A stretch of 64,000 bases of DNA, taken from contig NC_092348.1 in NCBI RefSeq assembly GCF_963676685.1, forward strand, positions 19,654,001-19,718,000, in the 5' to 3' direction. Shown here in pieces: positions 11,241 through 23,555 of this stretch. The notes beneath the pieces were generated by a model. It did not search any database, was not told the origin of the DNA, and worked only from the letters and a program-made list of their open reading frames with translations. Position numbers and translations under genes: made by a program. The DNA is from Mytilus edulis. Taxonomy: Eukaryota. The stretch's first letter is position 1; each line of letters starts with the position of its first letter.

Positions 11241-14200
11241 TCATATCAAAATATTTATAAAGCCAAACAAGTACAAAGTTGAAGAGTATTCAGGATCCAA
11301 AATTCAAAAAGTTGTGTCAAATACGGCTAAGGTAAAAGAGATGACATTTCGGTTTTTTTGTAATTATTGCTAAACTTCTTTCTTTTGGTATAAAAATTAT
11401 GAGACTCATAATATAAAGGCTGAGTCATATTTTTAACCTTTGTGTAAGTAGATAAATAAACAAATTTTACACTGACATTTTTATGGCCTGAATGTCCATA
11501 ACAAACTATATAAAAAGGGCATTGGAGTAAATATTTTTCAATAGTAGATTAATTTGAAAAGGTACAACAACACTCACCTATCAAAAATTATTTATTTTTA
11601 CCGGTAAATAATTCAAATTTTAAATTTGTAGTTTAAGCACAAAATGAGTGCTCCTTGTGAAATTCTCTTGCTCGATTTACAATGAAGAAGTATAATACAT
11701 TATGTTGTATTACAGTTTAAAAAATTCGAACGAATGATATAAAAATTTACAATTTAAATTAAATTATAGTGTATAGAATAAAGACGTAGAGTTTATGACT
11801 GAGAGATCAGTATGGGTATTATTTAATACATTAATTTTACATCTGTTCATTACAGAATCACTGTCTTCAGGTGACAAAACCAGCTAACAACAAAACTATT
11901 TGATATCTTATACTTTAATGAACTACCTCTACACACATTTTTCACACTTGCTTCATTTTTTGTCATTTCTCGAATTTCAATCTTGCTACTAATGATCGCC
12001 CCTTTATATTGTTACTTCATTTAAACACGGCTTCTATTATATACACTTAATTATATACTGGGTTTTCTGTACCACCTCTAAATCTATATAATGGCATTCG
12101 TTCATGTGATGTAACATGTGTTTGTCACGAGTTCTTCCTAAAAGCTTTGCTGAGGTAAAGATAAAAGTCACTTTGGCTTCTAACATCAGAAGCTAAAACC
12201 CATGTAAAAAGGGGTTATTGCCGTTTGACTGCATGTGATATATAAATATACGTTACTACTTTTTTTAAATTCGGAATTGGAAGTTTAATCTAATGTACTG
12301 TTTTGAGGAAAAGCCACTTGTGTGCGTTCAGGAACCCTTGATCAACTCTTTGAATAGAACTGAGGTGGCGTGATGCCTTTTGAGGTTCTTTAAAAGCTAA
12401 TCATGTGTTGTGCTCTATTCATTCTATAATTTTAACATTGTGATGATGATAACATTTATAGCATTTTATATACTCACAGTTCTGAGTAAAGTTGGCAGAT
12501 TTTAGGACTGTCTATCATTGTTGTTTAGAACCTATTGTTGATCTTTACTCTAGTTATTTTTTAAATTTCGATGCTTTGATGTTTACGATTTTTTCATTGT
12601 TTAACGATTTAAGATATCCATCAGCAGCAATTACACCATTAGAAGGATGCCAGTTGGTTTTAAAGGGAATGGGGGAATTGGTAGATAGTGGAAATAAAAT
12701 TATTCTGGCTGAAATATGTCGGATAAACATATTTTGCCATATCACGCATGAAAATATATATTTTATAGAACACGTTTTAGTTTAAAAAAAAAACTTGTGT
12801 CTGATCCTATTGTCTTTGTTTTTGGACAATAAAAACTTTAAAATTTTAATGGCAATTGCTGGGTAATACAATGGCTACAACTTGCTCTTGAAAATAGCTA
12901 GAGTTTTTAAACACACTTTGAATGGTGTAAGCTTATAATTGTCGTTAAAGACCATGTGGTCGGTTGTTAGTTTTTCTCTCCACAAACCTTGGACCCGAGG
13001 ATAATTTTTGAATGGTGTCTCGTGTGAATAGACCAAACATTCTTGTTATAGGAGGATTTAGAGGGGGAAGTCCTTCATTTCTATTTTTCCACTTAACTCT
13101 ATTCTTTATATTTTTGTCCATTATTCCCTCTTCTGAAATGCCCTATTCACACCCTCTAATAGCTTGTTTGAAGTTAAATGCGTGTCCTTCAAAAAAGGTA
13201 AGCTAAATCCTGAGCTGTATAATGAAAGTTAAATTACGAAAGGGGCAATCCTTTATTTCTGAGAGGAAACGTTTTCAGATGTTTCGTCTCTTTTTAAATG
13301 TGGTTCTGGATATCAATATTTTGTTTAATTGACACATTCAAACGCCCTATTTTTCCAAATGAATTATGCCATACGTATAAATCTCGTTTCATAATTCAAT
13401 AAATGTACCCAAATTTTGCAAAATATCTTTGAATCTTTTTTTTTATATAAAGGTTGAATTTATCTAATGACCTTTTTAAGCGCAAATAAACAAAGTTCAT
13501 TGATTGAATATTATCTTTTAGTCGCTATTATTTCATTCATGTTAGGGCGAGAAAAAAATAATCAATAAATTTGATAGGTAGGTACATTTTGTACTTTACA
13601 TCTAGTCGAACGGAAGTAAAAAGGAAGGCAATTTGGGCTGCTACTATATTTGGAAGGTATCTGTATTGAATAAGAATTTTCACGTATTGATCCCTGAAAG
13701 TGGAGAACGTGTCACTTACTGGCTCTTCTCGGGGCTCGAATATAACGTCATCATTCAGATCGAATGTGGCTGCATACAATGTATGTATCAATCCTGGACA
13801 AATAAACGAATGACCCTTTTTAGTATAGGCTTTACTGCCGGAGAAAATCAGGGATAACCATTATACTTGAGTACCCTTGTTTACCTTTGGGTTCTAAACG
13901 AGGTCTTGAGGTGACACAATTAATATCTTAAATTATAATTAAAAGCTGCTGTATATGATATTCATACTATGTAATGTAGTTTTGAAATCCAAGATTCGTT
14001 GTTTCTTCAGGTTGGTCACTCTAATGTCAATGACTTATCTAATGTATCTGATTATTGACGTTTATTTGCCTAATATGGACAATTTAGGCAGTTAATTTTG
14101 TAAGAAGATTCCAATTGTATCATTTATATATTTTTCTTTCTAAAATCTTTTTTTATGAAAATTCAGTCGCTTTTTGTTTGAGGGTCAATTAGGTACATTT

Positions 14201-14989
14201 TGCATAAATTATGGTGGTCAAAATGATCATATATCCTTTTCAAAGAGACCCGAGTTTAGGCCTTATTACAGGGCGATGATAAATGTTAATTATGTGAAAT
14301 ATGAGCATTTATTGTAGTATTTGATAAAAAGAAAAGAATATTTGCTAAATTTTTACCTGAAACTTATCCCAAGTTAAGATCTGATAATTCTCCCTAAGTC
14401 CATTAATAATTTAATGACATGAAAGAACATTTCAGATCGATGTCAATGATCTATTCAGACACAGATCTTATTTAATTTACAAATTCCGTGTGAGGTTTCT
14501 CACTCCCGTAAGACAACGATAAAACTATATATCAGCTCATATTATAATTTCTAAAACATATGATTTATTACATAAACAAAGGTACATATATTTTCGAATG
14601 ATTTTGATCAACCTTTTAAACCGCAGGGTTGACTAGGGTATAGAAATGCGGTCACCTAGTCACCTCCTGTCTGGTCGTACGATTTGCAGTTTGGGTGGCC
14701 TTGAGGCAGACATTTTACCCTATGTGATGTATAAGATATGCAGCCATGAAAAAGCAGATGTGTCATGACTCACAATGAGACAATTACATGTTTCCACTAA
14801 AAACAAGGGATATAGATGTTCAAAATATCTTTTTAAAGAAATTTAAAAACCTACATGTATGTTCTGTGTTGTATTAATCTCTGTATTCTTGTCAGTAACT
14901 ATAGATTTCGAGGATGACAAGGAAATATGTGTTCGCTGACAGAACCTACTTAACTAACGTAAAAAAAAAAAAAAAAATTTGGTATGCGG

Positions 14990-15500
14990 ATTGCCAATGA
15001 GACAACTCTCCACAAGATACCAATTGACACAGAAATTAACAACATTAGGTCACTGTACGGCCTTCAACAATGAGCAAAGCCCATACTGCATAGTCAGCTA
15101 TATAGAGGCGCCGAAATGACAATGTAAAACAATTTAAACGAGAAAACTACCGGTCTCATTTATGAACGAAAAACAAATATTTAACATATAAACAAACGAC
15201 AACCACTGAATTACAGGCTCCTGACTTAGGACATGCACATACATACATAATGTGGAGGGGTTAAACGATTTTAGCGGGATCTAAACCCTCCCCTTACCTA
15301 GGACAGTGGTGTAACAGTACAGCATAAGATTAGAACGAACTATAAAAATCCGTTGAAAAAAGCTTAACTCATCAGATGGATAAGCATACAAATACTTCAC
15401 ATACAAGTGGACGTGGCTGGGTACTTGTACATCCCGACAACAAAAAGACACTAAGCACAGATCTGAGAGTGCTTGCAGTTACTGATAACTAATAAAAAAA
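14990..15500 (+). repeat. High-copy interspersed repeat (GCCAATGAGACAACTCTCC family)
   Basis: Homologous copies at ~40983-41450(-), 46710-46870(-), 24890-25170(+), and short pieces at 420-460 and 54225-54245. Confidence 0.75.
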
Positions 15501-15842
15501 TCATGCATTTAAGCTGAGACTACTGTTATAGTAGTCTCAGATTTAAGACTAAAAAACATTTTCGGCCTGAATTTACATGAATGAAATATGTGTCACTGAA
15601 GTAGAACACATCAATCAGTCAAAATGTTTTTGAGTAGTAATGACAATGAATTCCAATCAGTAATTGATTTGTCCTTTAAATATAAAACTAAGTCAAAGTT
15701 TCATCTTGCAATCTACATGTATTAACCCACAATTTTTTCGACTTTCTTCATGACAATAAATCTTTAACTTGATAGTACATTTTCGCATCACTCAAAATTA
15801 CATTTTAACGATTTAAATGAACATTTAATAAATAAGGTGCTA

Positions 15843-15892
15843 TCGAAGTACTTTCCTGGATTTACCTTCACCAGGAACGCTCAATTCTAAAT
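15843..15892 (-). ncRNA. Degenerate hammerhead (family 2), core mutated
   Basis: Minus strand GAGCGTTC CTGGTGA AGGTAAATCCA GGAAAGTACTTC, homologous to 42110-42153. Confidence 0.5.
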
Positions 15893-17408
15893 GTTTGAAA
15901 GCCACTAACGATTTAATTTTCAGAAATTTCAACATACACATGTTATGAAAGAAATAAAGTATGGGGACAAATGTAAAACAGTTAGAATGCTAACTATAAT
16001 AAATATCTCGATGTTGTCTTTGGGAATTGAAAGCAAATGTAATATAGTTCTTTAAGGAGGTGAAAACATACATGTACAATGTACTAATATAGCATGTTTT
16101 TTTCTTTAAATGTTTTAAACAGGATTATAACGATTTTAAATAAGGGTAAATTTTATTTGTTGAGTGGATCAAAAGACTTAACATTTCCGAATGGACTGCT
16201 TTATGCGATTACATTTGAATGGTAGTGTTCAATTATTTGTGCAAATTAATACGATTTGGTGTTAAAATATCACTTAAGGTTATAAGTTTAATCAAGTCTT
16301 TACAATTGTTATTGAAAAGGATTGTTGGATAAAAAGTCATGTCAACGTAGTCGAAAAGACTCACACAACGAAAAGAATGTTCTTTGTAAAAATTTGGTTT
16401 AAGAACCATTTAAGCGCAAAAATATTTAAGCGCATAACCTCCCAATCGTCAAATAAAATTCGTTTGCAATAAGGGAATGTTCAATGACATAGTGTGTTGT
16501 TTTGTTTTCAGAAACGCCCATTGCTTGCTCAAAGTTTTCATAAATTAAAATGATTTCATGTTAATTTGAGATCGTTATTGATAGAATAACTGATTCCAAA
16601 AGTTTTTAAAATCTCAACAAAATTTTAAAGCAGCTTTATTTGAAAAAAGTCTTATATTCTTTTTTTTCATGTTTCATTGAATTTCAATTTATCAATGATC
16701 TGTTTATGTTTAAACGCCCAATAAACGTTAGAAGCAACAACTTATGTAAAACTTTATGACAACTCAGCTGTTTGCTTAGAATATAAAATGGCCTAGTTCT
16801 CGTCGAGAGTGCATACAAACAACCTTTTATCCAATTTTGTAAATAGTAAAAAAGTCATTCAAAACGCAAAGGACATGGATATTCAATCAGTAAATGTCCA
16901 GGTGCATTTGGGGTATGGATATGCTGTAGGCCAACTGATTTTCGCGAGCGATTTGTTTTCGTAACTTTTGCGATTGGAAAAATAACGCGAAATCAAATCG
17001 TATTGAATAAGTGTAACTGGATCTTCCCTTAAAGCTTACATCAATATATCAAGAAAATGCGAGGTTGGCAAGAAAGAACTTTAAGGGAAATTTAGTTTAC
17101 TGTTATCCGAACGGATGGGAAAATGTATTGACAGGGCAACCACTTGTAATGAATTATCAATGTTAAAACATTTTACAGCATCAATTACCTCCATTAAGGT
17201 ATAATTTTATAAAAAAAAAGTTGAAGTTTCTGGTTATGGTGGTACATCTGTTTGCGGAAAAGCACGTACCATTCTCCCTTTATCATACACTATGTGTGTC
17301 GATGTATGGATGGAAGTTCTTCATTAATCGACCAGTAAATCTTTCACGATCATATAAAAGTATATAGGTTTTTCCCCAGAGATCAGTACTTTAATCGAGG
17401 ACAATATT

Positions 17409-20123
17409 CACGGGTGTCATACGGTTTAACGAGAGAAATGATGGCGAAAGAACATCTAACGGCGGTCAAGGATTGAGAGACGATCGGGAAAGCTCTGGTA
17501 ACGGATCGTGAAAGACATTCAATCGAGAAGACATATGAAAGGTCAGAAAATAATTTAATCAAATTAATTACACAGACAAATTCACGATAAAACAAAACTG
17601 TCTGTCAAAATGGTTCAACATTATGATCAGTATGTGAGAATATCCAGTTTTAAGAGTACATAGTTATTACAAAACAACAAAAGGCAGATTGCTTCCCGAC
17701 ATTTCAATGACATAAAAAATGTAAACAAACATGATTTTTTCACAAATTCGACTAAATAAACTACTTTTATCCGAATAAGAGCTCAAATGGCTCTCATAGT
17801 TATTGTGTATAAATATAATCTGAAACTTTGTAAATAAGGAACTATTTACACAAAATTGATTTTTCGGATCGTGAAAGATCACGTACCTCATTTTTGAAGA
17901 TCGTGAAAAGGATCGTGAAAGATCTGATGCTACGAAGACGTTCAAATTATTCTTCAATAGTAAATTCCATATGGGGTGAGAGCGAAGCTCGAATCCCCAT
18001 ATGGAATTTACTGACCCCATATATACCGTATTATGTCACTAGAACACTATGTAACGAATTTATCTTCTGACAATCTTTACGTGTAAAATTTAGACTTGTG
18101 ATCGATCAAAATGAGTAAGCCAGTCTTCAATACTGTTAGCATTAAGAAACTACTTCCAGTAATCCTACAAGAACTATAGCCAACGATAACAACTTGTTAG
18201 GTTTAAATGTGTTTAATGGATTTATTTCAATCTTAATCATCAATTTCTTCGTCTGTTGAAACCTTTAAGATTTTTTCTCAGTTCCGATTGTTTTATAAAG
18301 GGACGTAACACCACTTCTAACCGTGTATGAAATAAGCCCTGCCTCCCTACTACCAATATGGAATATAAAGGGACGTAACTCCACTACTAACCGTGTATGA
18401 AATAAGCACCGCCTTCCTACTAATCTAATATCAAATATACACGGTCTTCACGCGGTCGCTTTAACCAATCACATTCCTAGAAATGTATAGGAGGTAAGAT
18501 AAAACCAGATAATGGATTAAATCATTTATATGATCGTCTAAAACATTTCGAAGACTCAGTTCTTAGCCAACTAGATAAGAATGAATTTATTACAAGCCTA
18601 AGATATGTATCTTTCAATTTCAGTCTTGCGACTAAAGACATGCGACAACTAATTAGCAAACAAACTTACGCACTCGATAAAATTATACTGAAAGATGAAA
18701 AGGAAATTTGCAAAAACTACTCCTACATTATTGATGTGATTAAAACAAATATATACAGGGCAAAGGCTGTAATTTCGTGTGGTGTACATGTCTGTCTGCA
18801 TGTTTCATATATGACCATGATGACGTCAATTGTATTTTATATATTGAATGATAGTAAGATGTCTATGTCTGGCTGTCGGTCAGGGCTAATATACTTTTGA
18901 CCTTATGTTCCGAATTAATTGGCCAAACATAATTTTTACATTTGTCAGTTTCTAAGGCACTGTAAGATCGGAACACATTTATTTGGTGAACGAGATATTT
19001 GTAGAGATCTGTATGACATGGTTCATCTGACCTTGACCTCTTTTTATGAACCGTTGACAATCTTAAGCGCATTTGACACTTCTAGTAAAACCCTTGATAT
19101 TATAGACGTTCAACAAATATACTATCATAAGTTAAGCAGACGAGACATTACAGCATTTGCACTCTGGTATTCTATAGTCTGTAGTATATAGTTAAATCAA
19201 TCAATATCTGCGTTGTATATATAGAACTTAAGAAAGTACTGTTGCACAAAATGTTGGTTATCGTTCAATCTCAAATTATTCATGAAAGATGCTGTTTTTG
19301 CTGTAATTTTTTGTTTGGTGAATAACATTTTTGTTTAAACGTTGCATATCCATATTATTGGCTAAATAGTGTCGGTCTGCCTGAATAGCACTAGACCGAT
19401 TCTCAGAGCTGAATCTTACACACTTATTTAGACACGTTTTTAGTTGTTGTTTTTTAACATTCGAGGTAAAGTGTGGAATTCAAAAAATTATAAGAAATTT
19501 AATGTTCATCCTTATCTAATAGTTACAGGCTTCAACCAGTTGTAGGTTTTTCAAATGGTAAAAGAAATACTGATTTCTGATTACTAGTATTAAGTCGGAT
19601 CACGCATCATCTTTCACGATCAAAATAATGCGTTGCCTGATCTTTCACGATCAAGTTTGATGGAAATTCGACAAATTCAAGGTTTCTATAAGCAAATTAA
19701 TGCTTTTAAGGGAAGACTATACTTTAAATTTACAGTACTATCAAATACACCAAAGATTCAATTTCAAATATATCATGATATACTGAAATATGACCATTAT
19801 AGGTACAAAAAGCGTGTTTTTTTTGTAATTAATTATATGCATTGCGCTTTTTGTTTTTTTTTCAAAAAGTACTGCATATTTTCTTTATCTTATTTCACAG
19901 TTATGTTGAGGCAGTGAAACCATTTTGACAGACATTTTTTTTTGTTCAGATATGTTCCGCGTTTTGCAAATTATGCGATTTTTTTAAAGATTCTGAACTA
20001 GAACTTACATTAAAATTCTTTCACGATCCGGTAACAGAGCTTTCACGATCGTCTCTCAATACTTTACCGCCGTTAGATATTCTTTCACGATCATTTCTCT
20101 CGTTAAACCAAATGACACCCGTG
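17409..20123. mobile_element. Non-autonomous DNA transposon, 2715 bp, CAC...GTG termini, 5-bp TSD ATATT (Transib-like signature)
   Basis: TIR CACGGGTGTCAT... / ...ATGACACCCGTG extending >100 bp. ATATT at 17404-17408 and 20124-20128. Multiple subterminal GATCGTGAAAG motifs in inverted orientation at the two ends. No transposase ORF. Confidence 0.8.
18295..18430 (+). repeat. ~70-bp tandem duplication
   Basis: ATAAAGGGACGTAAC..CTAACCGTGTATGAAATAAGC occurs twice. Confidence 0.8.
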
Positions 20124-22802
20124 ATATTACCGTTTTACATTGTTTAATGTCCACAATCCAGAACAATTTGAAAGTTTACAAGTGGTGACGTAGATTATAT
20201 GAGATTTCATCACTGTTTCGTCTACAGATTGAACTAAGTGACTATACTTAGGTGATGATCGTTTTCATTCACGTACATCTGTATAACCTGCGGTAGGCCA
20301 GACACAACATGGTAATCAGACATAAACTCTATATTGTGTGTTTATATGCTATACAATAGGTAAAGTAGCATATACAGGTTCAATTGTTATTTCTACATCA
20401 AAGGGATCAAAACTCATAATATTCTTGCGTTGGTTTGTATCGGTGGTATGACCCACATTCAACAGTCAGTGAGATCTTTAGTTTGTTAATATAAGAACTT
20501 CTTTATTGACTTGTAGAAACATTGCAATATCGATACGTTAAAGCTGTACTAAAATTGTCTAGAACTGTGTTAATAGTTTTCGATCTTTGGGGCTATGCCA
20601 CATTTATAAATGTGTTTAGTCTTACATGGTCAATCACCGCTAATCGACGTGTTTTAATGCAAAACAAAATGTTGATGACAGCAGAAATTCAGAGTTCGTT
20701 TACTGCTGATTATTTGTGGTGTATATGTAGTACTAGTACTACGCTTATGATCAATAAGTATGTAATTTCGTTACCCTAAATTAATTGAAATATTAATTAA
20801 TTTCTCTTATAGATAAAAAGATTTTGAATTGGAAATTTTGCTGTATCTGCAGAATCCTTATTTCAACCGGGATATATATATATATATATATAATTATCGC
20901 CTGTTCATTTTTACGGCAATGTCGTTTAAAGAGCACGTAGAATAAGATACGATCCATATAAAGTTAGCGATACTTTATATACATGGCTTATTCTTAAAGT
21001 TTGTCAATTACGCATTTGAGTAAGATCTTTGATTTCAGGTGGAAAGTTGTCTCATTGACAATCATATTATATCTTCTTCTTTTACAACTTATTCAAATCA
21101 ATAATCAAGTTAAATCAAAATGTATGTTTTTATTTTCTAGAAAAGATAAAGTTGATTTGTCACATGAACTTTCACGTAGTGATAATATAATAAAATGACA
21201 AAGTCAAAATAAAAAATATATTGTTAAACCTAGTAAATCAAAACATTTTCGATACCACGTCTTCTATATCAGATAATAAATTGTCTTATAATTGCAGGAA
21301 GGGATAACATATTTGAATCAACTCTCTTAAAAACTTCTTATTTTAGATAAGAAGTCAACGACCATGGTCTTTAAGATATTTATTCAATTATTAAAATTAC
21401 ACGTATTTTTATTCCAACGCCTTCCAAAAGCCAACATAATGACTATTGGTGGATTGCTCATGAGTATGAAATTAATTTTGAAATACATTTATATCGTGAT
21501 TTTATTATTAAAGATAGTAGTACATGAACAGTCTACAAATTTAAAGTAGTAGTTGTCAACAAATGAAAATAAGCTATATACATACGTTCTTTTATTTATA
21601 AAAAGATTGATTTGACAACAGTCCAAAACGACCATGTCACGAAACAGTATACAGAACTGTCTTAGTTCTGACCGTGTCATATATTGTCTCTTTACGTGTA
21701 TGCATTATAAGTACCAAACACTATGCTGTATTTGTTTAAAATTCAGTGTGTTAAAGGGTCAAATTAGGCGTGAAAGTATTTTAGAATAAGTTTATCGCTG
21801 TTAAATCAGCCGTACTGACGCGAAATAAAAATATTTTCGCTCCGTTTTGCTGTAAAAGGGACCAAGTGTCCTTTTAAATGTTAGAATCAGATTTGTTTTA
21901 TTAGCCTGTATTTTATTTTTGAATTTAACGGGGAAAAAATTGTTTACTTATGTGTGAAATAATATACTAATATAAATTATTCCTGAATTCATCACTAGAG
22001 AAATTTCAATAAAGATGTTATGATAATCGAAAAGGGGGAAAAACAACCAAATACAAATGTTTTTCCTAATACTTTTTCGTAGTAAAGTCAAGAATTTAGC
22101 GGATAGTACAAGGCAGCGTTCATAATTTGATTAGGCAAAAGCACCATTCTTTTAAATTTCGTTACTGAAATAACAGATATAAAGAAGTGATAATATAGTG
22201 TAGTAAAATAATGAGCCAAAAAAAGATATCATTCCGATAAAAAGAGATTAATAAAAAAAAACAGTTGCGTTTAGTTAAACTGTTTCTAAACGGAAAAATT
22301 GCATTTGTAGGTGCGAGAGTTTCATAGATTAAACGAGACTATACTATCAAATGGCAGTTAAGACTTCAATTAGGCAGAAGCAGGTAGAATAACAAATCTC
22401 TGATAAACTGATTAGTATAATGATGGTCAATACTAGAAACAATAAACACTTACACATCATGTAGATAAAGATGTGTAGGTTCAAATGAGGTTTTGGCAAA
22501 AAAGATAATGAGTTTATACGTACGAGCACAGCTTTACTGTATCTTAAGATCCCAATATAAACGAAACATGTTTTTGTCCGAGTGGATGTTTAAGTTATCA
22601 TATACTTACAAAAAATGAAGCCTATCAATAAATTTGATAAGAAAAGTACATGCTACTTTGTTCTTTTTTTTTTACCTTTTTCAAATCTTCTCTGTGTCTC
22701 AGACTGATTTACATTGTCTTTATATGAGGTAAGTAGGAAATAAAAACATATACATGTACATAAAAAAACTAAGTTATTATTTAAGAAAAAAACATATTCT
22801 TT

Positions 22803-23090
22803 TAGCGGTACTAATGAAGGTAAACACAAAAAAGCATTTCGGACGCATGAAATTACAAAGTGCTCTTTTCATATATATGGCACTCGGTCAAATTTGAATA
22901 CTCTACTGATGAACTATTTATTATAAATAGTAATCTATCATCAGCTCTGTAGTTAGTGCTTCGGTGATCTGAATAATAATCTTTCTTAAATTTTCCTTTA
23001 GAATTTATATATTATCAAGAAACTAATGTACCAACTACTTTGGGTAAAGTGGATCTTAGATGGATTTGACTATTTTTGAAGGTAACTTTT
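22803..23090 (+). mobile_element. Decayed retrozyme-like monomer (hammerhead family 2)
   Basis: CTAATGAAGGTAAAC..AAAGCATTTCGGACGC followed by colinear homology to the reverse complement of ~42240-42510. Confidence 0.6.
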
Positions 23091-23199
23091 GATTATATGT
23101 TTCCGTTCCGGATGAGCGCTTTTGACGCACAAAAATTACGATGTCTATTTGTACCTCTCTTTTCATTCGCTTCTTCAAAAGAATATGTTATGATCAAAT

Positions 23200-23555
23200 G
23201 TAACACAACTGAAGTATTCGGTTTACAGCAGTTCCATGTAACACTACTGCAGTATTCGGCGGACAGCAGTTTACACAAGTGTCCATTGTACATCAGCAGC
23301 ATGTAACAATAGTATCTTGTCTAAAGCAGTTACAAGTGAGGTTACAAGTAACCCAAAAAATGCTGATGTATCCGATGTACAGCATTTAGCACAAGATGCT
23401 GGTGAACAGCATTTACGTGCACCACAAGTATTCGATGTTCGACTCAGCAGTTATTTTTACCAAAATCATACGATATTCGGATCGGCAGTTAAGTGCACCA
23501 TACGTATCTGGTGTTTGAATCAGTAGTTACATACAACGCGAGTATCCGATGTACA
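23200..23555 (-). repeat. Degenerate minisatellite, core AACTGCTGTACA(T/C)CG(G/A)ATACT
   Basis: About 9 irregular units visible on the minus strand. Confidence 0.65.

Noticed and set aside
11850-12950. Possible very old Penelope-type relic on the minus strand (PFKTNWHP, VLKSAN, TPPQFY)
   Set aside because: Motifs are too short and degenerate to support without an HMM search.
17409-20123. GATCGTGAAAG repeats or the 23.2-kb repeats as a CRISPR-like array
   Set aside because: Irregular spacing, inverted orientation at the two ends and eukaryotic context; explained as transposon subterminal motifs and a minisatellite.
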